A stretch of 64,000 nucleotides of DNA from Syncephalis fuscata S228 (Eukaryota; Fungi; Zoopagomycota). The stretch covers positions 620,001 to 684,000 of the forward strand of contig JAHLTZ010000011.1 of assembly GCA_025786725.1 (NCBI GenBank). The letters are read 5' to 3'. Numbering within the stretch: position 1 is the stretch's first letter; each line of letters begins with the position of its first letter. The position numbers and the translations under genes were made by a program. The notes under the pieces were generated by a model. That model was not told the DNA's origin. It made no database searches and was given only the letters and a program-made list of their open reading frames with translations. Shown here one piece after another: positions 26,155 to 39,753 of this stretch.

Positions 26155-27097
26155 ATGGCCACCGACAATGAAAAAAGTCGTAAAATTGTAGTGCTTGGTT
26201 TTCGTGCTGTTGGTAAGTTGCTTTGAAGCCGATGGTTTATAGATTAGCAGCTGCAAACCAGACTCATCCGATACTAATATGACTTGTTTATATCGGTGTT
26301 TATATAGGCAAGTCTACTTTAACAGTACAGTTTGTTGAAAATCATTTTGTCGACTCGTATTATCCAACGATTGAGAATACATTTAGCAAAGCAATTAAAT
26401 ACAACGGTCAAGAATATCAATGCGAGATTATTGATACAGCGGGTCAGGTAAATAGTTGTTGTTATAAATAGTTAATAAAACACTAGAATATACATACTAA
26501 TATACTAATATACCAATGTATATTAATACAAATATATCCGCTGATTATAGGATGAGTTTTCGATTCTTAATTCACGACATGCCGTTGGTATTCATGGCTA
26601 TGTACTTGTTTACTCAATTACCTCAAAGAGTAGTTTAGAAATGGTAAAGATTATCCGCGATAAGATTGTAAACTATACTGGTTCTGAATGGGTACCCATG
26701 GTGCTGGTGGGCAATAAAAGCGATTTACATCTACAACGGTAAGTACTTTTTAATAAATGGCAATAAAACAAGCCATTTACTTGAGTATTGGCGATGGTAA
26801 ACTAATTGACATTTTATCATTAATAAACATATTAAATTATCATCATTGATATATAACAGACAAGTCTCTGAGGAAGAAGGCAGAGAATTGGCAAGCCAAT
26901 GGTCCTGTCAATGGACAGAGGCATCGGCCAAGCATAATGAGAATATTAGTAAGTTGCAATATGATTGTAATGTATAGCAAAAGAACGTGCATACTAAATA
27001 AGCATAAATAGATTTGATATTTGAAATGCTTTTGGCAGAAAGTGAGAAATTGGCAGGAACAGATGCTGCACCCAAAGGTGGCTGTATCATCAGTTAG
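26155..27097 (+). CDS. RHB1: Rheb small GTPase (absent from ORF track because of short exons)
   Basis: Five exons give RKIVVLGFRAVGKS (Rheb-specific Arg in G1), FVDSYYPTIENTF, DTAGQDE, GNKSD, EASAK and CAAX CIIS*. Confidence 0.95.
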
Positions 27098-28129
27098 TTA
27101 TTCGAGTGGTTTTTGGTGAAATAGGACCTTTACATCAATATCAAAAAGGACAAACTAACTACAGACACTTATATATATTTCTATACATACCAAGCATACT
27201 ACACACGCACACGCACAAATACATATATATATATCATGTATATTGCGATTTATACATTTGGCGCTTTAAAAGATTGATACGAATGATTGTTTTATTTCGT
27301 TGATGTTTATCCGTTGTCCTACTACTGTGTCTTTTTGTATTTTCCCGTCAATGAGTACATAGACATGTGCCATTACACTTTCGTAATAAAAAACATGTTT
27401 TATAATACTCTACATGTGCCATTACTATTCGTATCCATATCGTATAAACAGCTAGATACTGTGTTGTTTACCAATATAAATAACAACAATGTAAATGATG
27501 TAGATGATAGTGAACAAGGAAGAAATAGGAGAACATGTAGAAACGTTAATAGGCATAATAATGTTTATACGAATCCTTGTACATGCAAACACACATACAC
27601 ACGCGTAACGTGGTTGACGACAGCAGTATGACAAGAATAAACAAGCGAATATACCACATCATCTAGACGTGCCATAAAGCCGTCTAAAGGAAAAGAAAGA
27701 GTGTGAGATGGGAGAATAAGAAAGCAGGAAACATAGCAAAGCAACGAAAAAATATAATTGGAAAAGCAAACGCGTACATACGCGCAAAACATAGTGGCTA
27801 ATCATATAGCCCACATAGCTTCACAATAACAACACGCACACACACACACACACACAATAGAGAGAGATAGATATACGAAAAAACCGTTATAAAGAAAATG
27901 TCATTGGTGTCATGGCGATCGAAAAGGCATGCACATACACGTCCATATAATGGTAAGTTATATGGATAGACATGCATGAGACAGCAACGACAACAGTAGG
28001 CCATATATGATAAAGAACAAATTCACATTGGATAGTCAAGACTGTAGAAGTATAAGAGAGCAATTACACATAATGGGCCTTGCACGGCACCACACGACAC
28101 CATCCATGTCCAAAAAGATAAGCCATATT

Positions 28130-29906
28130 TTACTGAGCAGCTGTGGCTGTGGCCATCTCGGCTACATCCGCAAACATAACAGAGTTGGCAAATCCAGTGA
28201 CCATGGAGGCAGCACCCATGCCAGACAATGACATAGCATTGTTATTGTCAGTCTGCATAGCATTGTGATTGTCATGCATGTCAGAGTTGACTGCAGAGGC
28301 AGCAGCGGCAATGATGGCAGCAGCAGCAGGTGTACCTGGCTTAATGCCATGGACACGCAGGTGCATAGCTAGATTGTCGCTACGTGCAAAGCCTTTGTTG
28401 CAGCCATCGACAGTGCACACATAGGGCCGTTCGCCGGTGTGGGTACGTTGGTGGCGCTTCAAGTGCTCGTGGCGCTTAAAGCTCTTGCCGCAGCCCGGTT
28501 CTGGGCAGTCAAAGCGGCGTTGCGATCCGGATTTGTTGTTAGCATCGCCGTTAAACGAGTCGCACATCGATGGCGACATAGATGAGCGGCGCATACGTCC
28601 AAAGTTGCCGCCGGCAGCAGCAGCAGCCATTGAACCTGGCATGGTCATTGAAATGGACCGATTGTGACGTACAACGTGGGCGGGTGCGTGCACAAAGGCT
28701 GGTGAACCATTCGACGACATTGAAGTGGCGGTGGTCATTGAGCCAGCGGCGAATAAGGCCAAATCGTTGACACTTGGTTCCATTTGCGATGAAAGTGGCA
28801 CTGGAGCTGGGAAGGCATTGGAAACGGATGCAGCAGTAACGGCCATCAAGTCAAGGTAGGCTTGATCAAAGGCAACTGATGCGGCTGGATTGCCATTAGC
28901 TGGGATAGTGGCCAATTTGCCGGCGCGTGGAAATGGATCGTTACCAATGGGATGCATAGCGGCGGCAGCTTGGTTAGAGTCCATCATTTGGTTGTAGTTC
29001 AACGAGGCAGCATTCATACCAGGCATGCCCATGTCAACAGAGACGGCGGCCATTGGATCAACATCGCCGTATGCGTGCGAATCAAAGGCGTTGTGGGCAA
29101 ATGCCTCTGGCTGACGTTGAGCTTCAGCCATTGATACTGGCATCTCCCAGCCGGCATGTGAAGCGCTAATAGCAGCGCCGGATGCATCAATCATTGCATT
29201 GGTGCCAGGCATGAACAACTGGTTGTAGTTGTTAGCTTGGTGTGGCTCTGGTGCACCTGGCATACTAAGCTCATATGGGTGCATAGAGGCAGCACGCATA
29301 TCTTGACCATGAGCATTGTACATAGCAGCATGCTGTTGTTGCATGTTAGGAACAAAGCTGTAGCCGGCAGCGGCGGCGGCAGCTACAGCAGCAGCATTGG
29401 GTGCTACATTGTATAGGTTCGATGGCAAGCCAGGTACAGCGCGCTCAGATCCAGAAACGGCCATAGTGCATGGCTCAATGCCAAGTGCTTCACGCTTAAG
29501 GTCACGATCGTATGCATCTTGGAATAGACGGTCGTGTGGAACAGAGAACCAATAGAAGACCTTTTGCTTCTTTTGCGTGCGAACGCAGTTGTGCTTGTAA
29601 AGCAATTCAAGGAACTCACTACGTGGCTCTTCCAACGATGCATCGACACCAGGTTTCAAGTTGCGTAGGTCGCTGAACACACCTTCTTCAAACTTTTTTA
29701 CATTACGAACTGGACGACCAGCCGCTTGGAAGCGGAAGGTAAGGACACGTACAATATCCGTACCAGTAATGTGGAAAAGATCGCGCCAAAGGACGCAGGA
29801 GATGTATTCGCCAGTAGGCAACAAGAAACGCTTAATAGTTTGCTCGGGGTCCCAGTCATTGGGGCAGTGACAAGAAGTAGCGGAGCTGTTCGACGGTAGA
29901 TTCCAT
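28130..29906 (-). CDS. STE12: Ste12-like transcription factor (STE domain plus two C2H2 zinc fingers)
   Basis: [56 protein letters not shown]; [31 protein letters not shown]. The start at 29906 requires an indel correction near 29865. Confidence 0.93.
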
Positions 29907-32900
29907 AATGATGTAAAAGTGCTAGTACCGTAAAGATAGACGTAAACAATGGCAGCACACTAATAGTAGGTGTCTAGGTGCAGGTAAAACGGTATAATGC
30001 AGACCAAGAGTCAATCCCGGTTTAGTAAATCGTATGAGGAGTGTGTGGTACGTATAGAGTGTGATCGTACGAATGCCGTGCTATGTTTAAGCAAGTCAAT
30101 AGGCAGACAGAATGCACTTGCAATTCGTGGCAAAAACCGTTATGAATGCAACTGTGTGCTATAAGAATAAACGTCGGGCGAGATAATAGTTCGTTGATGC
30201 TATTAGCGGGGGCGGTTAAGCGTCAATAGCTGTCAGAGAACACGGTGAACGACTGGCCGGCAGACGGTCTCAAGTACTTTACTATAATGTTGATAGATGC
30301 TGGCGACTAACTGTCAAAAGAATATGTAGAGCTAAAATAAAATATTTGTAGCAAAACGTACGCAAATAGTGTTAACAATAGAGTCACAATATGATGAAAA
30401 GTCAATAGATAACTATAGGCGTATACAACACACGTTCAACGCAATGTTGCCAGGCAAAAACCAATAAAGAATAGTAGAGTATGCAGGGATAAAGTAAAAA
30501 TTGGAACAATGGCGCAGCCAATGTTGAATAGAGTGCTGATAGTAGTTAGAAGTAGAAGTAGAAGTAAAGGTAAGTGTGGTGGAGTAAGTCGGCGATAATA
30601 AAAGGGATGAGCGAGTGTGATAATGAGAGAGTTAAGATGGTGCAAAAGGCAGACAATAAAATGCGGTTAATAAAAAGTTGCAATAAAAAACACACACCAC
30701 CAGCGCAATAGTGCGGTAGATCAGAGTTAGAGATGACAGTGCAGGGCAAGTTAGGCAAAAAGACGGAAAAGGCGAGTACAATAGTGGTATAAAAGCTTTT
30801 GTATATGCTAGTCAGTGTTTAGAATGAGCCAGAGAAAGGAGTGGTAGACAAACGGGTAAACGGAAGAGGCGACAACAGGAATGGATCAGAAAGGAAAAAG
30901 GGCAAAGGAAGGGAACTTGTACGTCTCAGTTGTGCATCGAAGCACACAGACAAGGAGTAGAAGAGCCTAGGCGAAGATGAGACACAATCCTGTACATACC
31001 TTTCAATAATGGTCGGCGAGCGGGCAACAACCGGTGGTGCGTACGCGCGGACAAATGGTCACGATGGCTGCGTGGTGACAGCAGCAGCGGCGGCAATGGC
31101 AATAATATCAAATTAGTACGGGACAAGAGAATAGACGACAAGTATCGGCGATACGGTGTCGTGCAGAGAGAGCAAGTTATAACTGACGAGCAACAGACTT
31201 GGGCGAGGAATAAAGACTAGACGAGGCCAGCAAGCAAGGAAACGATAAACTGAATCTGTTATAGTAAAACAGATCAAGAATGCGGTATAGATGATATGAT
31301 GATGATGATGCTGTGGTAGTAATAGTAGCAGCAGTAGTAGTAGTAGTAGTAAGTAGTAGTAGTAGCAACAATACTAACTAGTATATTAGTATTTGATATG
31401 CGTGCACGATGGTGAATTTGTCTACAATGAATGAATATATCCACGCAACCAGCAAGCAGTGAGTGGTGAAAATCGAGGAGAAGACTGGCAACAACGGAGA
31501 TCTGGCAACTGAAACGATAAACGGTCAGTTGAGTTATGTTATTGAAATTGTGTGGAGTGTGTTGTGTAAAGAAGGAAGGAGGGGGTAAAGAAAAGTGTGG
31601 TTATAATAGAAAGGTTTTATGGCAATAAAAGCAGGACAACCTAAGTGGTAAGAGATCAAAGTAAAGAGCACAAATAGCGGAAAGCGGAGTTGAAAACGGT
31701 GACTTTTATGAGTATGAATGAACCGATGGGCATGTGTTAGATTGTCCGTACACGCAGCCACACATAATGAAATTACCCGCACATAGGCCTAATAGCCACG
31801 ACAATAGCAGCAGCGGCACTATGGCTTGTTGATAACTTGTATAGTGAATGAGTGTGGCAGTGTGCTAATAACAACAACAACAACAGCCGCAATGGCGGAG
31901 GAGGTCAGCGACGAGCACGTACCTTCACGTCGCATGAGTATCAGTTTGTCTGCTGGTTGGTTAGCTCGTTAGTTCGTCTTTCTACACGGCAGAATGGTCG
32001 CTACAGCATGAAAGAATTGGTCAATACCGGCGCGCCTATGGTAGACTCGTTGCAAATGCTCTATGACGCTTCAGGTCGTCGTTGTTGTGTCTGGTGCTGC
32101 TGTCTATCCGCGTGTATCGGTAGAGAAAAAACGAGCATTGCAAAATAGCAGTAGCATCGAATGACGGTCGAGAACGATGACGATAACGACCTAGTGACCG
32201 ATCCATGTGTTTAGCATCTTCATTATGGCATGGCCTCGTGCCCGCTCATTGTGCCATCCTCTTTCTTTTCTCACAAATCGATACCGGTTCGCTGCAGATG
32301 GGAACACGCCTCGTCGAAGTTCTTTCTGCCTTTACTCGGCACCAATGCGGAGAATGCCGACTACCCAAAATGGCAGTGTGACATGAATGGATAAAGACTC
32401 GTTTTCATTCTCCTTTCCTTGTCCAACCAAAGGAAAATGGCGATTGTTGTTAATTGCAATGTTCTTTATTATTGTAATTAATAAAATCTATTATTGTAAA
32501 ACACGCCTATATGTTTATAAATAGTGAGATAGATTAGTTGTTCTTTGTTTATTAATAAACAGCCATTCTCTAGCCATCTGGGAGTACCATTTGAAATAGT
32601 GGCTAAAGCGCCAATAATTTGTGCTAAATAGGTGAAAGGCCAAGATAATTCGCATTACTATATTTAGTAATGGCAATAATGTTGATACCCATTATTTTGT
32701 ATTATTTGTGTCGCATTAACAAAGTGGAGCAACAAATCAAGTAATGTCACCGTCACGATAGCAAGTTATTTGCCAACACTTTAAGCGGTACGAGGAAGGC
32801 TCGGGTCAACGTTTGTAACTCGGCAGTTGACGTAGCTTTGTTTTACACTTGCCTATCATCAAACCTGCCTTATCCATGGCGTGGTGGAGACAGCTGTCGC

Positions 32901-33679
32901 CTCTGGCTATGTCATTGTCATTGTGGCTATTGGTGCTACCGTGCAAGTACATACTGAAATTAATACAAATATAGTTCATACATTTTTAGAAATTAATTAT
33001 AGTTTATCATTGTGCGTAAAACGCTGCTTTATTTGTGGCAATCGTTTTTTGAAAATACGCTGAAACAAACAAATCATGCCTGCAGATTGAACGAAACAAT
33101 ACACATACCTGTCCGCACGCACGCGCAGGCACACGCATACGCACACGGTTCATTGGTTTTGTAGCAAGAACTGTCAGGTGATATGGAATATTCGTTTGTT
33201 GACAAACAGGAAACATGAGGCATAAAAAGCACATCAGGAATGTTCATACAAAGGACAACCAAGGTTGCATTGTGTACTCTAGTATGAAACAACAACGGCC
33301 GCAATAGGTTTAATTATACAGCGCAATGCTACAGACAAATGACCAATAAAGCAGTTGTTGTTTTTAATAAACGGCTTTGTAGTAGCCATTTTTGTTCTTT
33401 AAGCAGTAGCAGAATATTGTATATAGAAACTGGCCGCATAATGTTTCATCTGCCTGAACATTTTCACAAAATAATGACTGCAGAAACATGCGCTGATTGG
33501 TGTAAAGTCCGAAACGAAACGTTTCATCTAAATAACTTGGTTAGGAAATGGAACTAATAGAACTAATATAATGATACATTTGAAACAATGGTAGAGTAAA
33601 TAACGACGATTACATTATTATTATTATTATTAGCAGTGGTATTGTAGTGTTGTAAACGAAATAAAAATGATTTAAACAA

Positions 33680-34840
33680 TTAAAAAGTAGGTGCTGTTGC
33701 GTTGAACTGCTTGTAAGTTGATTTCAACATAAAATCTTTGCCTTTAAGCATGGCAGGTAATGTACGTCCAACGACGCCAAATACAGGCAACTGGGCGGCA
33801 CCTTCGTGTGCTCCAATCGTGACAAGACATACGTTTGGCGCTTTGAATTCAGTCAGTTTCACCGAATTCGAGGAAGAGTTCCCCGCGCCCTTGGCTTCAA
33901 CAAGTTTAATGATGTTTTTGGAGGCGACATCGGCTTGGAGGCGTGCGGCATAGGCAGTTTTATGGCCATCGTCGTTGCAATCGCCAATGGCAAAAATATT
34001 GCTGTGTGCAAGTAGCTGGGTGGTAGGTCGAATGCGAATTTCCTCCGTCTCCAAATTAACAACATCATCGCCAAGTGAGCGAGCAAGTGTCGTGTTAAGA
34101 CCTGTATGGGCCGTACAGGCAAACATAAGATCTGCTTCAATCGTTTCGCCATTGGATAGCTTCCATCCACGCGTTTCGGCAACGTAGCCAATCTCACGTT
34201 CCTCAGCCGTAACGGTGACACGTTGTTGGTCAATAACTTTAATGTCGCGGGCCTTCATTTTGCTAGATAATTTATGACGCAGTTTATCGGAAACTGCTGG
34301 CATGCCGCTAAGTAGGCCATTACTGACGAGGGTGACCTCTTTGTTTGGCAAGTCTTTAATTTCGCCTGCAAGTTCGATACCAACTGGACCGCCACCAACA
34401 ATAAGAATGCGACGGGCTTTTTCGACAGCTTCGCGTGCCGCCGTTAGCTTTTGCGTAACTTCCTCAACACTATCACCAGCTGGTCGTCCAGGCACGCCAA
34501 ATCGACTGCCAGTTGCCAAAACAAGATAGTCAAAAGCAATCTCACGACCGTCATCTAGCACCACACGGTCGCTAAGTGCTTTACTAACGCGTGCACGCTC
34601 ATGCTTAACAGTGCCATCCTTGAAGAATGCGGCATTTTCCATAGGAACAAAGCACTTTTCTGCAAAACCTTTTTGCGTTGCAGCACGTACAAACGCCATG
34701 TTTTGGTGGAAATGGTCACGCGGCTCGACGAGCGTAAGTTTGAGATTTAATTTTTTGCTCGTATTGGCAAGTGCCGAAAGAACGGCAATACCGGCATACG
34801 CGCCTCCCACAACAACAATGCGCGTTTTAGTGTTAGCCAT
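33680..34840 (-). CDS. FAD/NAD(P)H oxidoreductase, AMID/AIFM2/FSP1-like
   Basis: IVVVGGAYAG, DYLVLATGS, ILIVGGGPVGIELAGEI, NIFAIGD. Intronless; likely start MANTK at 34840. Confidence 0.9.
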   Translation of the reverse strand: MANTKTRIVVVGGAYAGIAVLSALANTSKKLNLKLTLVEPRDHFHQNMAFVRAATQKGFAEKCFVPMENAAFFKDGTVKHERARVSKALSDRVVLDDGREIAFDYLVLATGSRFGVPGRPAGDSVEEVTQKLTAAREAVEKARRILIVGGGPVGIELAGEIKDLPNKEVTLVSNGLLSGMPAVSDKLRHKLSSKMKARDIKVIDQQRVTVTAEEREIGYVAETRGWKLSNGETIEADLMFACTAHTGLNTTLARSLGDDVVNLETEEIRIRPTTQLLAHSNIFAIGDCNDDGHKTAYAARLQADVASKNIIKLVEAKGAGNSSSNSVKLTEFKAPNVCLVTIGAHEGAAQLPVFGVVGRTLPAMLKGKDFMLKSTYKQFNATAPTF

Positions 34841-35538
34841 AGCTGGACGAAAGAACGAGAGAATATAATCGACAAGCCAAAAGGGCATGCTACGAGTAGA
34901 ATATAATTTATTTTAGCTTTAATGGCGCACATCGCCATCCTTATATCTAATTTTGATATGCCTTGGCAAACGCAAAGATAGGCACATGCAATTGGTTTCG
35001 GTTGAATTTTTCCGGCACAACCGGATAATCTGACAAATACAATAAAATGGATTACTAAGACACCACGAAGATCAATTACCATTTCTGCTATCTCAGCGAT
35101 ATTACATATTTTCTCAACAGACTGGGCACGGTAATCAACATCTCCGCAATTTAATAAAAATGCAGTCTATTGTTTTATTTTTTTGTTTTACGATCTCCCA
35201 GACTTAGCTGATAGATCTATACCATTGGTTCACAAATGGGTCATCGGCACATTTCGGCCCGTGCATCGAATATCAAAAGATAAACCGTAAACAGCTCTTA
35301 ATTTTCTCATTTATATGTTAGCTATTTTCAGTTTGTTTATAAAATATTGCTAGTATGATTTACACTGTTTTTAGCTTGTAGCAACAATTGACTATATTGT
35401 ATAATTAGTTTGTATAAACACAACAGTAAATATTAAATACTATATACTGCAAATGTATGTGTGTGTATATTAAAGCAGCTGTTTATTTATGATATTTAGA
35501 TTCTCGTTGCATTATCATTATCGAAAGTTGAGTGTGTT

Positions 35539-35650
35539 GTAAAAGGTAATAAAAACAATTCTCGTTAAAGCAAAAGTAAAATGATTGTAAAAGTAATAAA
35601 AACGAATTCTCGTTAAAACAAAAGTAAAATGGTCGTAAAATAATAAAACA
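35539..35650. repeat. ~48-bp tandem repeat, about 2.3 copies
   Basis: gtaaaaggtaataaaaacaattctcgttaaagcaaaagtaaaatgatt followed by gtaaaagtaataaaaacgaattctcgttaaaacaaaagtaaaatggtc and a partial third unit. Confidence 0.85.
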
Positions 35651-36836
35651 ACAGATTTATGGCTAGCCGCACTGATTATTAAATGTATGGGCAATTAGAT
35701 GACAGTCCTGATATAACAGTGTAGCTTATATACGGCCAATCCAAATTCCAAGGTTCGGTCTAACGCGTGTTAATGTTTGGAGCGGCTACATCATCAACGC
35801 CCCTTAACGCTTCTAACTCTATATGTTGCAGATCCGGCACCTCAAGGCTTGACACGCGAACTTGACATGGGTCACGTTCTTCACTAACTAAAGCAAACAT
35901 GTTAGACCAATAGATTAAACCATTTGGTTACCTCTATATTCTATATAAACAATTCGGTATGCCATTCATCCATTGTTGGAAATGATAGAGCTCAATAAAC
36001 AACAAAAAACTAAAAGACAAAAAGGCACAGAAACTACAGTACTAAATAAAAATATATGTAAAGGTTCACAAACAATGCTAGTTGACGAATAAATGTATAC
36101 TGAATAAGTGTGGGCAGTACCAAAATACAGTGGCTTTAAATAGAGCGGCAATTCATGTGTGTATAGTTAAGCAAGTTTACTTCGAGCTTCAATGCCATTG
36201 TTGAGTCTACAGAGGGAAGCAAAGAAAATCGATAAAAGAACACATTGATGTATCAACAATACTCACTAGTATGATAAAGCGTGCAAGGCAAGTGAACGAT
36301 ACAATGGTATGTGTACTGTCGTAATGGTATCTATGTTGTACCATTGCAAGTCACAGCGCTGCTGCCATCGAAGGAAGGAAGGAAGGAAGAAGGCGGCGAG
36401 CAAAGGAATAAGGGGGTAATAACAATATGAATTGACTTCATGGTGCACCATGTGATGGAGTGGCCGTGTGTCATGCGAATGGCAAAGCAATTAATATGCA
36501 CCGCCTCATACGCTATGCACAAGGATAAACATCTTGGACCTCTTACCTCTATTAAACACCAACAAATACACTCGCTACACAGCTGGCTGGTACATAGCAC
36601 TTTTTGGCATTGCGTTTTTTCCTAGAGCCTCACTGCCATCGTAATCCGGCTACTGTTCGTTTAGAGCGCAACATCATGTGGCATGCAGTGTATAGGAACA
36701 TTAACGTTGATCATGCACAGAAGACATCTACTTTCTAGATCAACAATAATATTTTTAACATCTTTATATTTATAACTGGATTATTTTTATAATGTTGTAA
36801 CTTCCATATTTATTAATTTGCACATTTATTATTTAA

Positions 36837-37623
36837 TTACCCACTTTTTACTGCACTCTCTATAGCATGAGCCAGTTGTGCCTGAATATCCTGCGAATGC
36901 AAAACAGCATTGGGTGCAGAACTTGGCACATCAAATACAACGCTCATTACGTTGCCAGTATAAGCCTTGATCCCGTTAAATGTTTGATGGAAGTTGTCGA
37001 GTGCATTAGCATCCGAACACAACTGGAGTGCAATAACTTTCTAAGTAGTTGCATTAAATCACGAGAGAATTTATTGCTTGGCAAGATATTATGCTTAACA
37101 TCTGCAATGATCCATTTAAAACTTGTTCCAATTTTTTGGTAATGGTTGCTTGAATTTTAAAACTTGGTTCTTTCTTGCAAATCGACTGCACAGTTAGTGT
37201 AACGATATCGATGGGAGCTGTGGCAAAATACTTGACCATTTTCTGATTAATAAAAATGGGCGCATCGGTAGCCAAGTTTAGTGCAGCATTAACCGTTGCT
37301 TGAGCAATAGACAAACGATTCTGGTCGCTTGAATCCCTTAGTCGTTTGGCAACATCCGAATATTGCTGTTCCAATTCTTTAGGAATGTCTTCTTTTAAAT
37401 CTTTGCCGATATGGTCGATCAGCGATGTTCTCAGTCCTTTCCATGAGGCTTCGTGTACTTGTGTAATCACTTTTTGTTTAATACTATTTAGTACAGTATC
37501 AAACTTGTTGATTGTAGTGTCCCAAAGTGGCCTACTCTGCCCACTGGGCCGTGGGAGCACCGTCTGCTCGCTAGCAACTACCAGGCTAGAAGTGAATATT
37601 AGTAGAATAGCAATAACACGCAT
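36837..37623 (-). CDS. Secreted hypothetical alpha-helical protein (frame-disrupted)
   Basis: Signal peptide MRVIAILLIFTSSLVVASEQ. ORFs 37054-37653 and 36837-37022 are co-linear and joinable by indels near 37135 and 37040. Confidence 0.55.
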
Positions 37624-38208
37624 GATGGGAACAGAAATGGATAGACAAGTCATAAGCCATTCAATGCGTAAGCGGCAGCCATTCTGTATTTATTGTGCAT
37701 CGTTTTTTATTCTGCATTCGAACTTTCCAAGTATTCTGTTGTACACTCAATGAACGCTGCAAGAACCACGTGTTGCTGTCTTATTGACGCAAGTCAACTG
37801 GATTTTAATCGGTGTAATTTAAATGCTATATTATTAACTTTTAAATTATTAGTACATGGTTTACTAATTATCATTTATTATAAAATAGTAACCAGCTGTC
37901 CAAATCTATTTAATTAACAATGTTATAACATCTTGACATAAATAGCTACTTAAAATAACAAATAATAAACTACATATTAAGTGTATAAACATTGTTTTTG
38001 ATAATAAACCGAAATAATGCTAGTTGAAGCATTATTTTTATCAAATGTTGCTATTAACAGCACTTGAATAAACAACATTTAACAATCGAGTTTGCCTTTT
38101 AATCATAACACTAAGATTAAACAACAATAAAACTATAATTATTCAAAGATCAAGTATACTAGTCACTCTTAGTGATAAGTAACCAGTAAATTGATTTTAT
38201 TTAGTAAT

Positions 38209-39281
38209 CTACCAGCCACGTTTGGAGTAGATTTGCTCTTCCGGTAGTTCGCTAATATTGATGCCAACCATTGCTTCACCAAGATCCTCGCTAACCTTGG
38301 CGATTGTGGCAGCATCGTTATAATGGGCAACCGCTTGAACAATGGCGCGAGCACGCTTTGCTGGGTCACCCGACTTGAAGATACCCGAGCCAACAAAGAC
38401 ACCGTCGCAGCCAAGTTGCATCATTAGGGCAGCATCGGCCGGGGTAGCGACACCACCGGCGGCAAAGTTAACTACAGGCAAGCGGCCAGCACGTGCTGTT
38501 TGCTTGACCAGCTCGTAGGGCGCGCGAATCTCCTTGGCAAAGGTGTAGAGTTCGTCGTCGGACATCGCGGCGGCCCGACGGATTTCGGCATTAACCGTAC
38601 GGGCGTGACGTACTGCTTCAACCACGTTACCAGTGCCGGCCTCGCCCTTGGTACGAATCATTGCTGCGCCTTCGGCAATACGACGCAATGCTTCGCCCAA
38701 GTTACGGCAGCCACATACGAAAGGTGCGCGGTACTTATGTTTATTAATGTGGTGTTCCTCATCAGCGGGGGTCAGCACTTCACTTTCATCGATATAATCG
38801 ATGCCGAGTGTATCAAGCACCTAATGATGATCAAAATGACGCAATAATTCATTAACATTAGCAAACATCCATCTGTACACGCCACCGCACTTACTTGAGC
38901 CTCAACAAAGTGGCCAATACGACATTTAGCCATTACAGGAATGCTTACAGCTTGCTTGATCTCTTTGATCATCTTGGGATCCGACATACGAGCCACACCA
39001 CCTATAATACATTAATAATAAACACTTTTTTTTACTAACTAACTAACCATTCTTGCGAATGTCGGCCGGAACACGCTCGAGGGCCATAACAGCACAGGCA
39101 CCTGCCTCTTCGGCAATACGTGCTTGCTCAGCATCAATAACATCCATAATTACACCGCCCTATTCATAATTGTTAGCATTTATTTTTTAACAAACGCATA
39201 ACTCACCTTTAACATCTGGGCTAGACCAGCTTTGACCGTAAAAGTGGCCGTTTCCACACCGTTCGTAGAGTTGGACGACAT
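38209..39281 (-). CDS. SNZ1: Pyridoxal 5'-phosphate synthase subunit PDX1/SNZ
   Basis: [86 protein letters not shown]. Three introns. Confidence 0.96.
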
Positions 39282-39753
39282 AGTAGCTGTGGTAGTAGTG
39301 GTATTGCTAGTGGTTTCCGTGCTGGGGATTAGATTTTGAGGTGCATGAAACATTATACTTGAGAATTGAAAAACAAATAAGCAACCAACTAGCTATAGTA
39401 GGCAAGTATAGCACTTTTGAAACAATGACGTGGTGTGATACCGAAAAAAAGCAAATCAGTACGAACCTGATTCGCTATTTAAGATTCTTTTCCAATTAGT
39501 AGAATGCAACAACACACTGATTGATCATCAACATAACTCAGCGCGCACGAGTGCCATTGCCATTTAGAGCATTTTTATTGCAGCCGTGATTACAAGTGAT
39601 GGAAACACACGGAGGAAACCGGCTCTGTTATTAAGGCCTTTGACAATTAATTTAACGAATAAGCGAGTCGTTTGTTTATTGTAACAATAGTATCGCTAGA
39701 GGATAAGCAATAAACTAATTCAACAAAGAGTATACACGGGTAAATTAGGAAGT

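Noticed and set aside
30436-33557. Short ORFs upstream of Ste12
   Set aside because: Low-complexity, non-coding composition with no recognisable domains.
33680-34840. Horizontal transfer of the intronless, GC-richer oxidoreductase
   Set aside because: AMID/FSP1-like genes are common in fungi, and native genes here (Ste12, PDX1) are similarly GC-rich.
35539-35650. CRISPR-like array
   Set aside because: Simple tandem duplication without unique spacers, in a eukaryotic context.
35760-36600. Possible multi-exon minus-strand gene (exon-like SEERDPCQVRVSSLEVPDLQHIELEAL)
   Set aside because: I could not build a consistent spliced model; stops and missing acceptors remain.
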